Counted from the stretch's first letter, positions 18,018-25,981 are shown. The stretch: DNA of 32,000 bases from Bellilinea caldifistulae (GCF_001306055.1 NZ_LGHJ01000008.1:1-32000), one strand, 5' to 3'. Notes: generated from the letters alone by a model not told the origin. Numbers and translations: made by a program.

Positions 18018-18051
18018 TGATTCTCCCGAAAAGCCGGCGGGAGAAAAGGAG

Positions 18052-18309
18052 ATGACCACACAACCTACCCACCCACCCCCGGGCACCTGGAATGCCCGAA
18101 ACTTACTGACCGTGCTCGAAGTGGCGGAATGGGCACGTGTCCACCCTAAAACGGTTTACCGCTGGATTAGAGATGGAAAGCTTGAAGCGATCCAATTTGG
18201 ACCGCGCACATTCCGTGTGCCGGAGGATGCCATTGGCAAGTTTCTTCAGAAAACAGGATACAAAAAGGCGTCTGAACTCCCGAAGCCAAATGGGAGAGAA
18301 CGATCATGA
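18052..18309 (+). CDS. Excisionase-family / MerR-type helix-turn-helix DNA-binding protein
   Basis: LLTVLEVAEWARVHPKTVYRWIRDGKLEAIQFGPRTFRVPEDAIGKFL matches the excisionase-type HTH_17 pattern. AAAAGGAG SD precedes the start, and the stop overlaps the next ATG (ATGA). Confidence 0.75.
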   Translation: MTTQPTHPPPGTWNARNLLTVLEVAEWARVHPKTVYRWIRDGKLEAIQFGPRTFRVPEDAIGKFLQKTGYKKASELPKPNGRERS

Positions 18310-20462
18310 ACGGCTCCTCGATCCAGCCGGAGCGGGCGTGGCAGATGGCGCTTGACCAGTTGCGTCTGGGTATGCCAAAGGCTTCTTTTGACACCTGGGT
18401 GCGGGATACCAGCTTTGTCTCGTACGCAGATGGAGTTTTCACCATCGGTACCCCCAATGCCTACGGCCGAGAATGGCTGGCAAGCCGCCTGACCAGCACG
18501 GTGACCCGCATGCTGACAGGTATCCTGAGCCAGCAGGTGGAAGTGCAGTTTATCGTCGTTGAAGCGCCAGTTGATGAATATGAGGAGTCGGAAGGCGACG
18601 AGTATGCCCAACAGATAGCAATCCCACCTGAGCAAAACCAGGATGTGCTCGCGCTGCAGGCAGCCTACCAATCCGTCTACGACGAGATCGTCCGCCCCGA
18701 CCAGGTGATCGTCCTGCCAGGCTATTTTCTTCGCTTTATCCCACTGCTCGGTGTGGAGCTGGCCTGGCTGTATATTGGCTTTCGCCAGGCGGCCTACGAA
18801 GCTGGCGCTGCGAGGCAACCTGGAAAGAAGTTCGGCGCGCCAGCACAGAAGGTTGCCAGGTACTCCGGGATGAGCCTGCGCACCTTCCGGCGCTACTCTG
18901 CAAAACCCGATACCTGGCAGCGCTTACGCGGTTTGGTTACGGCTGTCGAGGATAAACCCCGCTGGCAGCACGGCAATGATAACCATCCTCATCGGACTCC
19001 CCGCTTCTACCGGGTGGCGATGACCTTGCCATTAACTCCCTCGGATGAGCTTTCACTCCGCGCCTGGCTGTACAAACGCCTGGCTGGAGGGAAAAGCCCA
19101 CTGGTTGTGATCCGGGCTGCTTTAGAAACCCCAGCAGATGAGCTGATCCCCTGGCAAGAGAATACACCATCGTCGAGAGATGTCAACGTCGAGCTTCATT
19201 CTGTCCATGATGTGCTGAGCGCCGTGTGCGGACCAATCTCAGAAAACGATCGCAAGCAATTCCAGGAACTGGCCGATCAGTTGGCGCAGCACCTGATGCC
19301 GCCCAAAGACCTGGTCTTCCTCACACACTACTTCGTGACCCGATGGCTGCCCAAACTGGGTCATGGGCAGGGTTGGTTCGTGGTGTTGCTGCGCGACCGC
19401 TGTTATATCAACCCTCGCACGGGCGAAATCCGGGATGAAGCACGGGTAGAACAGGGCTACGCAGAGATCGCTGGCTGGTTAGGCTTGAAACGCGTCAAAA
19501 CGATCTGGGAATGGCTGCGCAACGATGATGTCAGCCGGTTCGTCCGCGAGATAAGCCACGAGATTGGCGAATGGGAAGAATCGCCGCGCCGCTTCAAAGT
19601 CTGCCTGGGTGAACCGATGACCGATGAAGACCAGACCCGGGCAAATAAATCGTTAGCCCATAGAGGGTTTGGCGCAGTTGACACCTATAGCCAGCCGATT
19701 GGCGCGAATGACACCATTAGGAATGAGTGCACCAGCGGCTCCGTTGGCGCGGTTGACACCCATAATGGCGGAATTGACACCATTAGTGGCGCGAGTGACA
19801 CCATTAGGGATGGATATAGCAACGATCTTATTGGCGCAGTTGACACCCATAATGGCGCGATAGACACCGATCGTGGCGCGAATGGCACTCCCATTGGCGG
19901 TGATGACACCCATAGGGTTGGCGCGGATGTCACCTTTGATTGGCGCGAGTGGCACAGTTTAAATACCTTAGCACTTGGTTTGAATCACAAGAAAAATACG
20001 CCAACCACCACCGGCTCCGAGATCGAATCCGATTTGGAAATTCCAGCTAGCACAATCAGAAAGGGGGTGGTGGGCATGGAATGGAATTTATCGGAATTGC
20101 TCCTCCGAAACCGAATAAGCGTCAAGAACCAGGAGTTGCTCCTGGAAAATGGTTTAACAGCGCAGGCATTGGTTTCCTGGCTGCTTTACGCCGCCAGCAC
20201 AAGCGGAAATGGCATCCGTGATCCCATCGCCCATGCTGTCTCTCGATTAATCCCAGACCCAAGTCGAGGTGCAGGTGGCGTCTTTGATCAGCTATCCGAG
20301 GTGCCTGCCAACGAACTGGCGGACATGCTCCTCAGAGAAATCGAAGGACAAAGCCCCTGGAACCAGGTATGGCGAAAAGCAATGAAAGGTACACCTTGTT
20401 CACGACTGCGAACGCTGGCTGATCAGTTGGGTATACCGGTTTCGGACCTTGGTAATTGGTGA
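18306..20462 (+). CDS. Putative replication initiator with a DnaA N-terminal-like domain and an internal heptad/iteron repeat block
   Basis: The N-terminus (WQMALDQLRLGMPKASFDTWVRDTSFVSYADGVFTIGTPNAYGREWLASRL...VEVQFIV) parallels DnaA domain I. A central HTH-like segment reads KVARYSGMSLRTFRRY. Residues encoded by 19671..19961 form GxxDTxx heptads. Confidence 0.55.
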   Translation: MNGSSIQPERAWQMALDQLRLGMPKASFDTWVRDTSFVSYADGVFTIGTPNAYGREWLASRLTSTVTRMLTGILSQQVEVQFIVVEAPVDEYEESEGDEYAQQIAIPPEQNQDVLALQAAYQSVYDEIVRPDQVIVLPGYFLRFIPLLGVELAWLYIGFRQAAYEAGAARQPGKKFGAPAQKVARYSGMSLRTFRRYSAKPDTWQRLRGLVTAVEDKPRWQHGNDNHPHRTPRFYRVAMTLPLTPSDELSLRAWLYKRLAGGKSPLVVIRAALETPADELIPWQENTPSSRDVNVELHSVHDVLSAVCGPISENDRKQFQELADQLAQHLMPPKDLVFLTHYFVTRWLPKLGHGQGWFVVLLRDRCYINPRTGEIRDEARVEQGYAEIAGWLGLKRVKTIWEWLRNDDVSRFVREISHEIGEWEESPRRFKVCLGEPMTDEDQTRANKSLAHRGFGAVDTYSQPIGANDTIRNECTSGSVGAVDTHNGGIDTISGASDTIRDGYSNDLIGAVDTHNGAIDTDRGANGTPIGGDDTHRVGADVTFDWREWHSLNTLALGLNHKKNTPTTTGSEIESDLEIPASTIRKGVVGMEWNLSELLLRNRISVKNQELLLENGLTAQALVSWLLYAASTSGNGIRDPIAHAVSRLIPDPSRGAGGVFDQLSEVPANELADMLLREIEGQSPWNQVWRKAMKGTPCSRLRTLADQLGIPVSDLGNW
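19671..19961 (+). repeat. Eleven direct 20-21 bp repeats, consensus GGCGCGnnTGACACCnATAG (iteron-like)
   Basis: Hand-located copies start at 19671, 19701, 19746, 19767, 19788, 19833, 19854, 19875, 19896, 19920 and 19942. Spacings are 30, 45, 21, 21, 45, 21, 21, 21, 24 and 22 nt. The block is stop-free in several frames, since extra ORFs appear on both strands. Confidence 0.85.
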
Positions 20463-20489
20463 TTTGGTTCAGTTACATGGAGGTGTGAC

Positions 20490-20966
20490 ATGAAAAAGAT
20501 TGGTTTCTTCATCGCTCTGGTGTTGTTGGTTTTACTGGCTGCGGCTGCATGCGGGCCAGGCGACAATGCTGTGGAGATTGCCCAGGCGCAGAGCGTGATC
20601 GAGGCTGCCCGCGCCGCTCAGCATGCTGCCCGGGCAGCGCAGATCGCCTCCCAAGGATTGAGCGATGTGGGACGAGGTCAAACGTTGATCCTAATACTCC
20701 TGACCCTGGTGGTGGCTCTGCTGATTGGTGTGGCAGCCTATATTGTCATCCAACGCCAGGTTTGGAAGCACAGCCAGGTTCAACCAAAGAACAATGGCCG
20801 CTGGATGAGTGGGCCGAACGCCCACTGGAAGCGAGTGGATGCTCTTGATCCTTACCAACAACTGCTCCTCCAACAGCAAATGCTGCTTACCCAGCTTCTG
20901 CAGCAAAGCCAGGTCGAATCCGAAGATGATGATCGACCTCAACTGCCTGCTGGGTGGTGGGGATAA
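20490..20966 (+). CDS. Membrane lipoprotein, unknown function
   Basis: Signal/lipobox is LLAAAACG. Has a central TM helix (TLILILLTLVVALLIGVAAYIVI) and a Gln/Leu-rich tail. GGAGG SD precedes the start. Confidence 0.6.
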   Translation: MKKIGFFIALVLLVLLAAAACGPGDNAVEIAQAQSVIEAARAAQHAARAAQIASQGLSDVGRGQTLILILLTLVVALLIGVAAYIVIQRQVWKHSQVQPKNNGRWMSGPNAHWKRVDALDPYQQLLLQQQMLLTQLLQQSQVESEDDDRPQLPAGWWG

Positions 20967-20989
20967 ATGCGGCTAGTGAGGATGTCCAC

Positions 20990-21988
20990 ATGAAAACCCA
21001 CAAGTTATCTATCCTGCTCATTCTAATGTTGGCTGGAGGGATACTGACCGCATGCGATGATGCTGCTTATATCAGCGCAGATCCCAATGTCTCCGGAGTT
21101 CAGGCTAGAGCGACCCTGGAATTTGTACAGGCTGTGCAGACTTCTACCGCGCAGGCTTTGTATGCCGCCGAATGGCAGGCGACCGTCCAGGCAGGGGCGA
21201 CGCAGGATGCTATCCAGGCTGCCTATGTCGCTGCTCAGGCGACCGAAGAAAGCATCCGAGCTGCGGCAGCAGCCACCCAGACTCAACAGGTGTGGAACGC
21301 CACCGCAACAGCCGATAGCAGTCAGGCAACCGCCACGGCTGCCGCCAATGCCATGGCAGTGAGCTGGTCGAGCACCGCTACCCAATCTGCCTGGAACAAC
21401 CAGGCTACTGTCGAAGTCGCCAGCGTACAGGCATTGCAAACCGCTCAAGCTGCTCAAGCCGATATGGCTCGAATGGCGGCGGAGCGTCAGCGCACGATCA
21501 ATAAAATTCAAGCCGCCGCTCCCTGGGTGATCCTGGCAATCGCTGTCCCTTTGGTGGCGTATCTGGCCTGGATCTGGGGCAACACAGAAGCTCTGCGCCG
21601 GCGCGCCATCCCGCGGGATCCGCGTGGGGATGCACCTATCCTGATCCTGGATGACCATGGCAGGCGCAATGTCATCGACCCGGATTTGTTCTTCGGCGCA
21701 GCCGTGTCGATCGGTAAGGGAGGCCAACCGGAAGCTCCGCAGTTGGCTGCTCCTGAGCTGCAATCACAGGTGAAGGCGCGTGACCAGGCTGTCGATCTCG
21801 TCAGCCGTGGCCTTCCCGGTCAGCCTCCGCGCAGGCGCGCTTTACCTGCCCTAACACAACCTCCCTCAAATCTGTTGTTAGGCGATGTCCGGATAGTGGA
21901 GCCCGACGAAGTCAAGGATTGGATTTCAGATGTGCTGCCGCGTATCCAGCAAAAGGCGCTACAGGAAGGAGAAGACGATGATGTTTGA
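20990..21988 (+). CDS. Membrane lipoprotein with Ala/Gln/Thr-rich low-complexity ectodomain
   Basis: Start set at ATG 20990 (MKTHKLSILLILMLAGGILTAC lipobox, GAGGA 8 nt upstream). Has an internal TM (PWVILAIAVPLVAYLAWIW). Its position fits Spd-like spread proteins of AICEs, which is inference only. Confidence 0.55.
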   Translation: MKTHKLSILLILMLAGGILTACDDAAYISADPNVSGVQARATLEFVQAVQTSTAQALYAAEWQATVQAGATQDAIQAAYVAAQATEESIRAAAAATQTQQVWNATATADSSQATATAAANAMAVSWSSTATQSAWNNQATVEVASVQALQTAQAAQADMARMAAERQRTINKIQAAAPWVILAIAVPLVAYLAWIWGNTEALRRRAIPRDPRGDAPILILDDHGRRNVIDPDLFFGAAVSIGKGGQPEAPQLAAPELQSQVKARDQAVDLVSRGLPGQPPRRRALPALTQPPSNLLLGDVRIVEPDEVKDWISDVLPRIQQKALQEGEDDDV

Positions 21989-22298
21989 AACCAACAACTT
22001 CATATCCAGGCGTTACCAACTCCAGGCGCAGATTGTCGCGAAGCGGCTGCCGCAGGTGCTGCAACAGCGCGGCCTGGAAGCGGCGTTTGCTGAATTTTTG
22101 CTCACCTCGACCCAGGGCATGGTGCTGCTCTTTGCCATTCTGGATCTGCCCCGCGTCAGGCGTCTGGAAGCCTATACCACTCCCGAACTATTGCATCACC
22201 TGAGCACCGATTTGCAGGGGTTGCCGGTGTTCCTCTCTAACTCGAATGGGCTGCGTTACGCCATCCCGCTATCCCCGCTTCCCCGCCTGCCAAAGTAA
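21978..22298 (+). CDS. Hypothetical protein
   Basis: ATG 21978 has GGAAGGAG upstream and overlaps the preceding stop. 106 aa, no recognisable motif. Confidence 0.45.
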   Translation: MMFETNNFISRRYQLQAQIVAKRLPQVLQQRGLEAAFAEFLLTSTQGMVLLFAILDLPRVRRLEAYTTPELLHHLSTDLQGLPVFLSNSNGLRYAIPLSPLPRLPK

Positions 22299-22312
22299 TT
22301 CCATTCCCCGGT

Positions 22313-23338
22313 GTGATGGATGGCTGGGTTCAGTTGGGCGTCAACCACAGCGGCGAGACGATCAGCCAACCCTGGTCGAGACTTGGTCACCTGTTGGTGG
22401 CTGGCAAGACAGGTTCCGGGAAATCTGTCTATCTGCGTTTGTTGGCATACCAGGCGATTGCTGAAGGCGCTCAGCTCCTCCTGGTGGACTTAGACGGCGC
22501 CACCTTCCCGATGCTGACCAATCACCCAACTTTGTTGGCTCCAATCGCAACGACACCGCAAGCAGCTCAAGCTGCAGTCGAGCGTGCCCTCGGCGAGTGC
22601 AACCATCGGGCAGGACTGTATCTGCAAATGGACGGATACCCTGAAAGTCTGGAAGAGTATAACCGGACAATCGTCCGACATGGAAGCGACCCGCTCTCCC
22701 GGCTGCTGGTAGTGCTGGATGAGTTCAGCGCTTTGATGACCACTCTGGGTGGTCCGAAGAGCAGTTTTGCGAATCGGGTCGCAGAGTTAGGCTGGCGTGG
22801 GCGCAAATTTGGCGTCCACCTGGTATTCGCAGCCCAGGATTTTACCAAGCAGGTGGTAGGTCGGGTGCGTGACCAGGTCAGCGCCGCAGTCTGCTTCCGG
22901 GTGCGTAGCCTGGAAGCTGCCCGTGCGATGGGTTGCCCGGAAGCGGTGCGTATTCCGGAGAGTCGCCCTGGACTGGCATGTACCGACCGTTGGGGATTGG
23001 TGCAGACCTTTTACCTGGACAAGCGCATGTTCGGGCAGGTTGGCCCAAGGTCTGTGCTTAGTCGTCAAGAGCAGGAATTGGTGGAGCGCGCTTTGAACGA
23101 AGCCGAGGGCAAGATGTCCATCCCGCTGCTTGTGTCATGGGGAATGCCAGAGCGTGGGGCGCGTTCGCTGGTAGAGAGTTGGGAGCTACGTGGCTGGCTG
23201 CGCCAGGATCCGTCTCGCCAGAACGCTCGCTATATCACCCCGAAATTGAAAGCATTGCTGGCTGCTTTTGCCAGCAATGCCAATTCCTTGTCAAACAGTC
23301 AAGATGGTCAAACCGCGTCAAGCACATCAAGCTGGTGA
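22313..23338 (+). CDS. FtsK/SpoIIIE-family DNA translocase (TraB/TraSA-like)
   Basis: Walker A is VAGKTGSGKSVYL and Walker B is LLVVLDEFSAL, followed by HLVFAAQDF. This is the typical FtsK motor-domain order. Confidence 0.8.
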   Translation: MMDGWVQLGVNHSGETISQPWSRLGHLLVAGKTGSGKSVYLRLLAYQAIAEGAQLLLVDLDGATFPMLTNHPTLLAPIATTPQAAQAAVERALGECNHRAGLYLQMDGYPESLEEYNRTIVRHGSDPLSRLLVVLDEFSALMTTLGGPKSSFANRVAELGWRGRKFGVHLVFAAQDFTKQVVGRVRDQVSAAVCFRVRSLEAARAMGCPEAVRIPESRPGLACTDRWGLVQTFYLDKRMFGQVGPRSVLSRQEQELVERALNEAEGKMSIPLLVSWGMPERGARSLVESWELRGWLRQDPSRQNARYITPKLKALLAAFASNANSLSNSQDGQTASSTSSW

Positions 23339-23349
23339 GGAGTAAGTAT

Positions 23350-24123
23350 ATGCATACGACAATAGCAATCTTGAACCAAAAAGGTGGGGTCGGGAAGACA
23401 ACAACCGCAGTAACCCTGGCATCAGGTTTGGCCAAAAGCGGATATCACGTTTTGCTGATTGACCTGGATACCCAGGGCAATGTCGCCGACAGCCTGGGCT
23501 TGCCGCACAATGATGACCTTCGCCGGCTGCTTTCACCTGATTTACGCGTTCCAATCGACCAGGTCACCACATCGAGCGGATTAGATCATCTGGATGTCAT
23601 CCGCTCTGACAAGAGCACTACTGCTTTGAAACAAACCCTGGCTGGTGTAACCATGCGAGAGTACGTCCTGGCGGATGTGCTGGAAAGTGTTGCGCATGAC
23701 GTGATCCTGCTGGACTGCGCTCCTTCAGCCGATCTTCTGCACTTCGCTGCGCTGGTCGCCGCAGACTATCTGCTAATCCCCACCCGTCTCGACAAGCTGG
23801 CGGTGAATGGTGTGCGCGATGCCCTGCAAACGCTGGCTGCGTTGAGGCGAATCAGCCGCTGCCAGGTGGCTGGCATTTTGCCTACATTCTACGAAAGAGT
23901 CACTTTGGAAAGCCATGAGCAGCTGATCCACCTGGCACAAACTTTTGGCAAGCTTGTGTTGCCACCAATCCCACAAGATACCCAATGCCGTGTGGCGACT
24001 CGCTACGGGAAGACGCTGTGGGACTACGCCCCGAATGCCAAAGCCTTGATTGGTTACGAGCAAGGCAACCGGCGAGTGGGCGGATATCTACAAGTTTTAG
24101 AACGAGTAAAGGAATGGCTATGA
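23350..24123 (+). CDS. parA: ParA/Soj-family partition ATPase
   Basis: Deviant Walker A is NQKGGVGKTTT at the N-terminus, when the start is set at ATG 23350 (GAGGAG SD). The ORF track extends further upstream to 23137. Confidence 0.85.
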   Translation: MHTTIAILNQKGGVGKTTTAVTLASGLAKSGYHVLLIDLDTQGNVADSLGLPHNDDLRRLLSPDLRVPIDQVTTSSGLDHLDVIRSDKSTTALKQTLAGVTMREYVLADVLESVAHDVILLDCAPSADLLHFAALVAADYLLIPTRLDKLAVNGVRDALQTLAALRRISRCQVAGILPTFYERVTLESHEQLIHLAQTFGKLVLPPIPQDTQCRVATRYGKTLWDYAPNAKALIGYEQGNRRVGGYLQVLERVKEWL

Positions 24124-24524
24124 ACAGGAACACAAAAGGATTAACCAGTTTTGAAGAATTGCCCGCGGTTGACCCGGCGGTCGAGTCGCTGCTTGGGCAG
24201 GGGCAGCGTCGCCAGGATGAAGCCCGCCTGGCGCGCGCCGAGCGATCCCGCAAGAAGAAGGAGCGCGAGCGAGCGGAAAAGCGCAAACCCAACCGCATCA
24301 ACCTCGACCTGCCAGTGGATTTGAAAAAGCGCCTGGAGCAGCTGGCGAAGAAGGAGGGCGTGCCCATCAGCCAGTTGGTGGCTTTCCTGCTCTACGAGCC
24401 GGTGCACCAGCTGGAGAGCCGGGCGATCAGCCTGTGGGGCTACAAGACCGCCTCCGGCTGCCCCAAGTTCGAGTGCAACCTGGATCTGAAACGCCGCGCA
24501 GATGAGGCGGCGCGGAAAACATGA
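24120..24524 (+). CDS. Ribbon-helix-helix (CopG/ParG-like) DNA-binding protein
   Basis: The ATG overlaps the parA stop (ATGA). Has a basic Arg/Lys-rich N-tail followed by the RHH pattern RINLDLPVDLKKRLEQLAKKEGVPISQLVAFLL. Confidence 0.65.
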   Translation: MNRNTKGLTSFEELPAVDPAVESLLGQGQRRQDEARLARAERSRKKKERERAEKRKPNRINLDLPVDLKKRLEQLAKKEGVPISQLVAFLLYEPVHQLESRAISLWGYKTASGCPKFECNLDLKRRADEAARKT

Positions 24525-24537
24525 AACTTTGGCTCTG

Positions 24538-24629
24538 TAGGGCGTCCTGAGGCGATTTGTAGGGCGTCCCAATAGGGCAGCCTACTAGGGCGTCCTATTG
24601 GAGAAAACCCCAAAAATCATAGGGCGTCC
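24538..24629 (+). repeat. Five direct copies of TAGGGCGTCC (one degenerate)
   Basis: Copies lie at 24538, 24560, 24573 (TAGGGCAGCC), 24586 and 24620. All are in the 225 nt gap between the RHH gene and the integrase gene. Confidence 0.85.
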
Positions 24630-24749
24630 TAAGAGCCAACAGGAAGGCTCAGGAGCCACGAAATCTGAGGGGTGGTTATCTTTGATCATAAAGCGAAAAA
24701 CCGCCCTTGAAAGGGCAAAAATATACACGACAAGAATGGAGACCGAAAG

Positions 24750-25673
24750 ATGACAGACACGCTGCACCTGAACGAATTCCAAGCGTATTTGTTAGCCGAG
24801 GATCGCTCGCCGGTAACAATCACTGGCTATTTGGGTGATGTGCGCTTATTCGCCCAATGGTATGAGGGGCATTATCGGGAAGCATTGATCCCTGCTTCTC
24901 TGACAAACGAAGCCGTACGCAATTATAAGCAGCACCTTCTTGACCAGGCTGCCAAACCCAAAACGATCAACCGGCGGTTGGCAGCTTTGGCAGCTTATGC
25001 TCACTGGCTGGAGCAGGCAGGATATGTAAAGAATGCACGCAATCCAGTCCAGGGGGTGAAGGCTGTGAAGGAAACCGCGCTTGCTCCCAAGTGGTTGGAT
25101 AAGAAACAGCGTGCAGCATTGTTAAGAGCGGTTGATAAGGAAGTTGATGATGCCGTGCGCCGTTACCCACGCCTACGATTAATGTATCTGCGCGACGCAG
25201 CGATCGTAAAACTGATCCTGTTTGCCGGCCTGCGAGTAGGAGAAATTATCCAGTTGCGTATGAGCGACATTGTTTTGGATGAGCGAAAGGGAAGCGTAGT
25301 CGTCCGGGAGGGGAAAGGTACAAAGAGGCGCGAGATCCCGCTGAATGCCAAAGCGTGCAAAGCTTTGCTCGATTATATGCAAGTGAGACCAGACATAGAA
25401 AGCAACGAGCTTTTTCTTGGCCAACGTAATGAAGGCGTGCAGAGCAAGACCATCCAGCGGGCTGTACAACGCTTTGCGAAAAAAGCAGGGCTCAAAATGG
25501 TTACTCCTCATACCCTGCGCCATAGTTTTGCCAAAGCTTTAATCGACGCAGGGGTATCCCTGGAAAAGGTTGCGACGTTGCTTGGGCACAGCAACTTGAA
25601 CACGACCCGGATTTATACAACTCCGGGGGTGCAAGATTTAGAAGACGCGATAAATGAGTTGGAAGATTTTTAG
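24750..25673 (+). CDS. Tyrosine recombinase / integrase (XerC/D-like)
   Basis: Has an N-terminal SAM-like domain and the catalytic pattern AGLRVGE ... HTLRHSFA ... LLGHSNLNTTRIYT (R, H-x-x-R, H, Y). Confidence 0.9.
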   Translation: MTDTLHLNEFQAYLLAEDRSPVTITGYLGDVRLFAQWYEGHYREALIPASLTNEAVRNYKQHLLDQAAKPKTINRRLAALAAYAHWLEQAGYVKNARNPVQGVKAVKETALAPKWLDKKQRAALLRAVDKEVDDAVRRYPRLRLMYLRDAAIVKLILFAGLRVGEIIQLRMSDIVLDERKGSVVVREGKGTKRREIPLNAKACKALLDYMQVRPDIESNELFLGQRNEGVQSKTIQRAVQRFAKKAGLKMVTPHTLRHSFAKALIDAGVSLEKVATLLGHSNLNTTRIYTTPGVQDLEDAINELEDF

Positions 25674-25762
25674 ACATCCCTGGAAGTATTCTGTTGTCGC
25701 GTTAAGCCGAACTGTTACTGCTTATGATATGCTGGGGTGGCTTGGATAGCCCTCACCGATTA

Positions 25763-25960
25763 CTACTCGTCGCTCTTATGCTTGGTTTTGTCTACCAGCA
25801 CGAAGCCCTGACCGGATTTCGGAGTAGGGGGCAACGTTTCGCCTTTCGTTACCGTTACCTCAGTACCGGTTTTACCGCCCTTTGAGTCAACAACAGCGTA
25901 CTGCCCCGAAACAGGAGCTTTCTGGCCCGGCTTATAGGTTGGCGCTTTGGCTTTGCCCAT
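25763..25960 (-). CDS. YjzC-like small protein
   Basis: KPGQKAPVSGQY...G...V.KGETLPPTP...G..F.L resembles the YjzC family as recalled from B. subtilis YjzC. Start set at ATG 25960, 8 nt after AAAGGAGG. Confidence 0.5.
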   Translation of the reverse strand: MGKAKAPTYKPGQKAPVSGQYAVVDSKGGKTGTEVTVTKGETLPPTPKSGQGFVLVDKTKHKSDE

Positions 25961-25981
25961 CTTCATCACCTCCTTTGGTCA

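Larger units (their letters stand above)
18052..25673 (+). mobile_element. Integrative (AICE-like) element; att sites and exact ends not identified
   Basis: Ten co-oriented, tightly packed or overlapping genes: excisionase-type HTH, DnaA-N-like initiator with internal iterons, two membrane lipoproteins, a small ORF, FtsK/SpoIIIE ATPase, ParA, RHH protein and tyrosine integrase. Confidence 0.7.

Noticed and set aside
19653-19955. Three extra ORFs (19653..19955 -, 19669..19863 +, 19685..19933 -) inside the repeat block
   Set aside because: They exist only because the 21-nt repeat unit is stop-free in several frames. The 718 aa frame is the one that continues on both sides.
19671-19961. CRISPR-array reading of the 21-nt repeats, and of the TAGGGCGTCC cluster at 24538..24629
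   Set aside because: The units are contiguous or separated by only 1-25 nt, with no unique spacers of 25-40 nt. No cas genes are present, and the first array lies inside a long ORF.
21023-21763. 246 aa minus-strand ORF; also 18246..18818, 23900..24367, 24141..24572, 6567..7097, 13850..14335 and 16494..17024
   Set aside because: All lie antisense to better-supported genes (lipoprotein, initiator, parA/RHH, ABC genes, LLM and the hypothetical lipoprotein). They have low-complexity Arg/Ser/Gly/Pro-rich products and no SD-start context.
23137-23349. N-terminal 71 aa extension of ParA given by the ORF track
   Set aside because: The extension overlaps the 3' end of the FtsK-like gene in another frame. 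ParA-family proteins carry the KGGxGKT box within the first ~15 residues, and ATG 23350 has a GAGGAG SD.
17929-25747. Inverted 8-mer ATCCAAGC (17929..17936) / GCTTGGAT (25740..25747) as possible ends of the element
   Set aside because: Only 8 nt match, the flanks do not align convincingly, and tyrosine-integrase elements are expected to have direct rather than inverted att repeats. Chance occurrence is likely.
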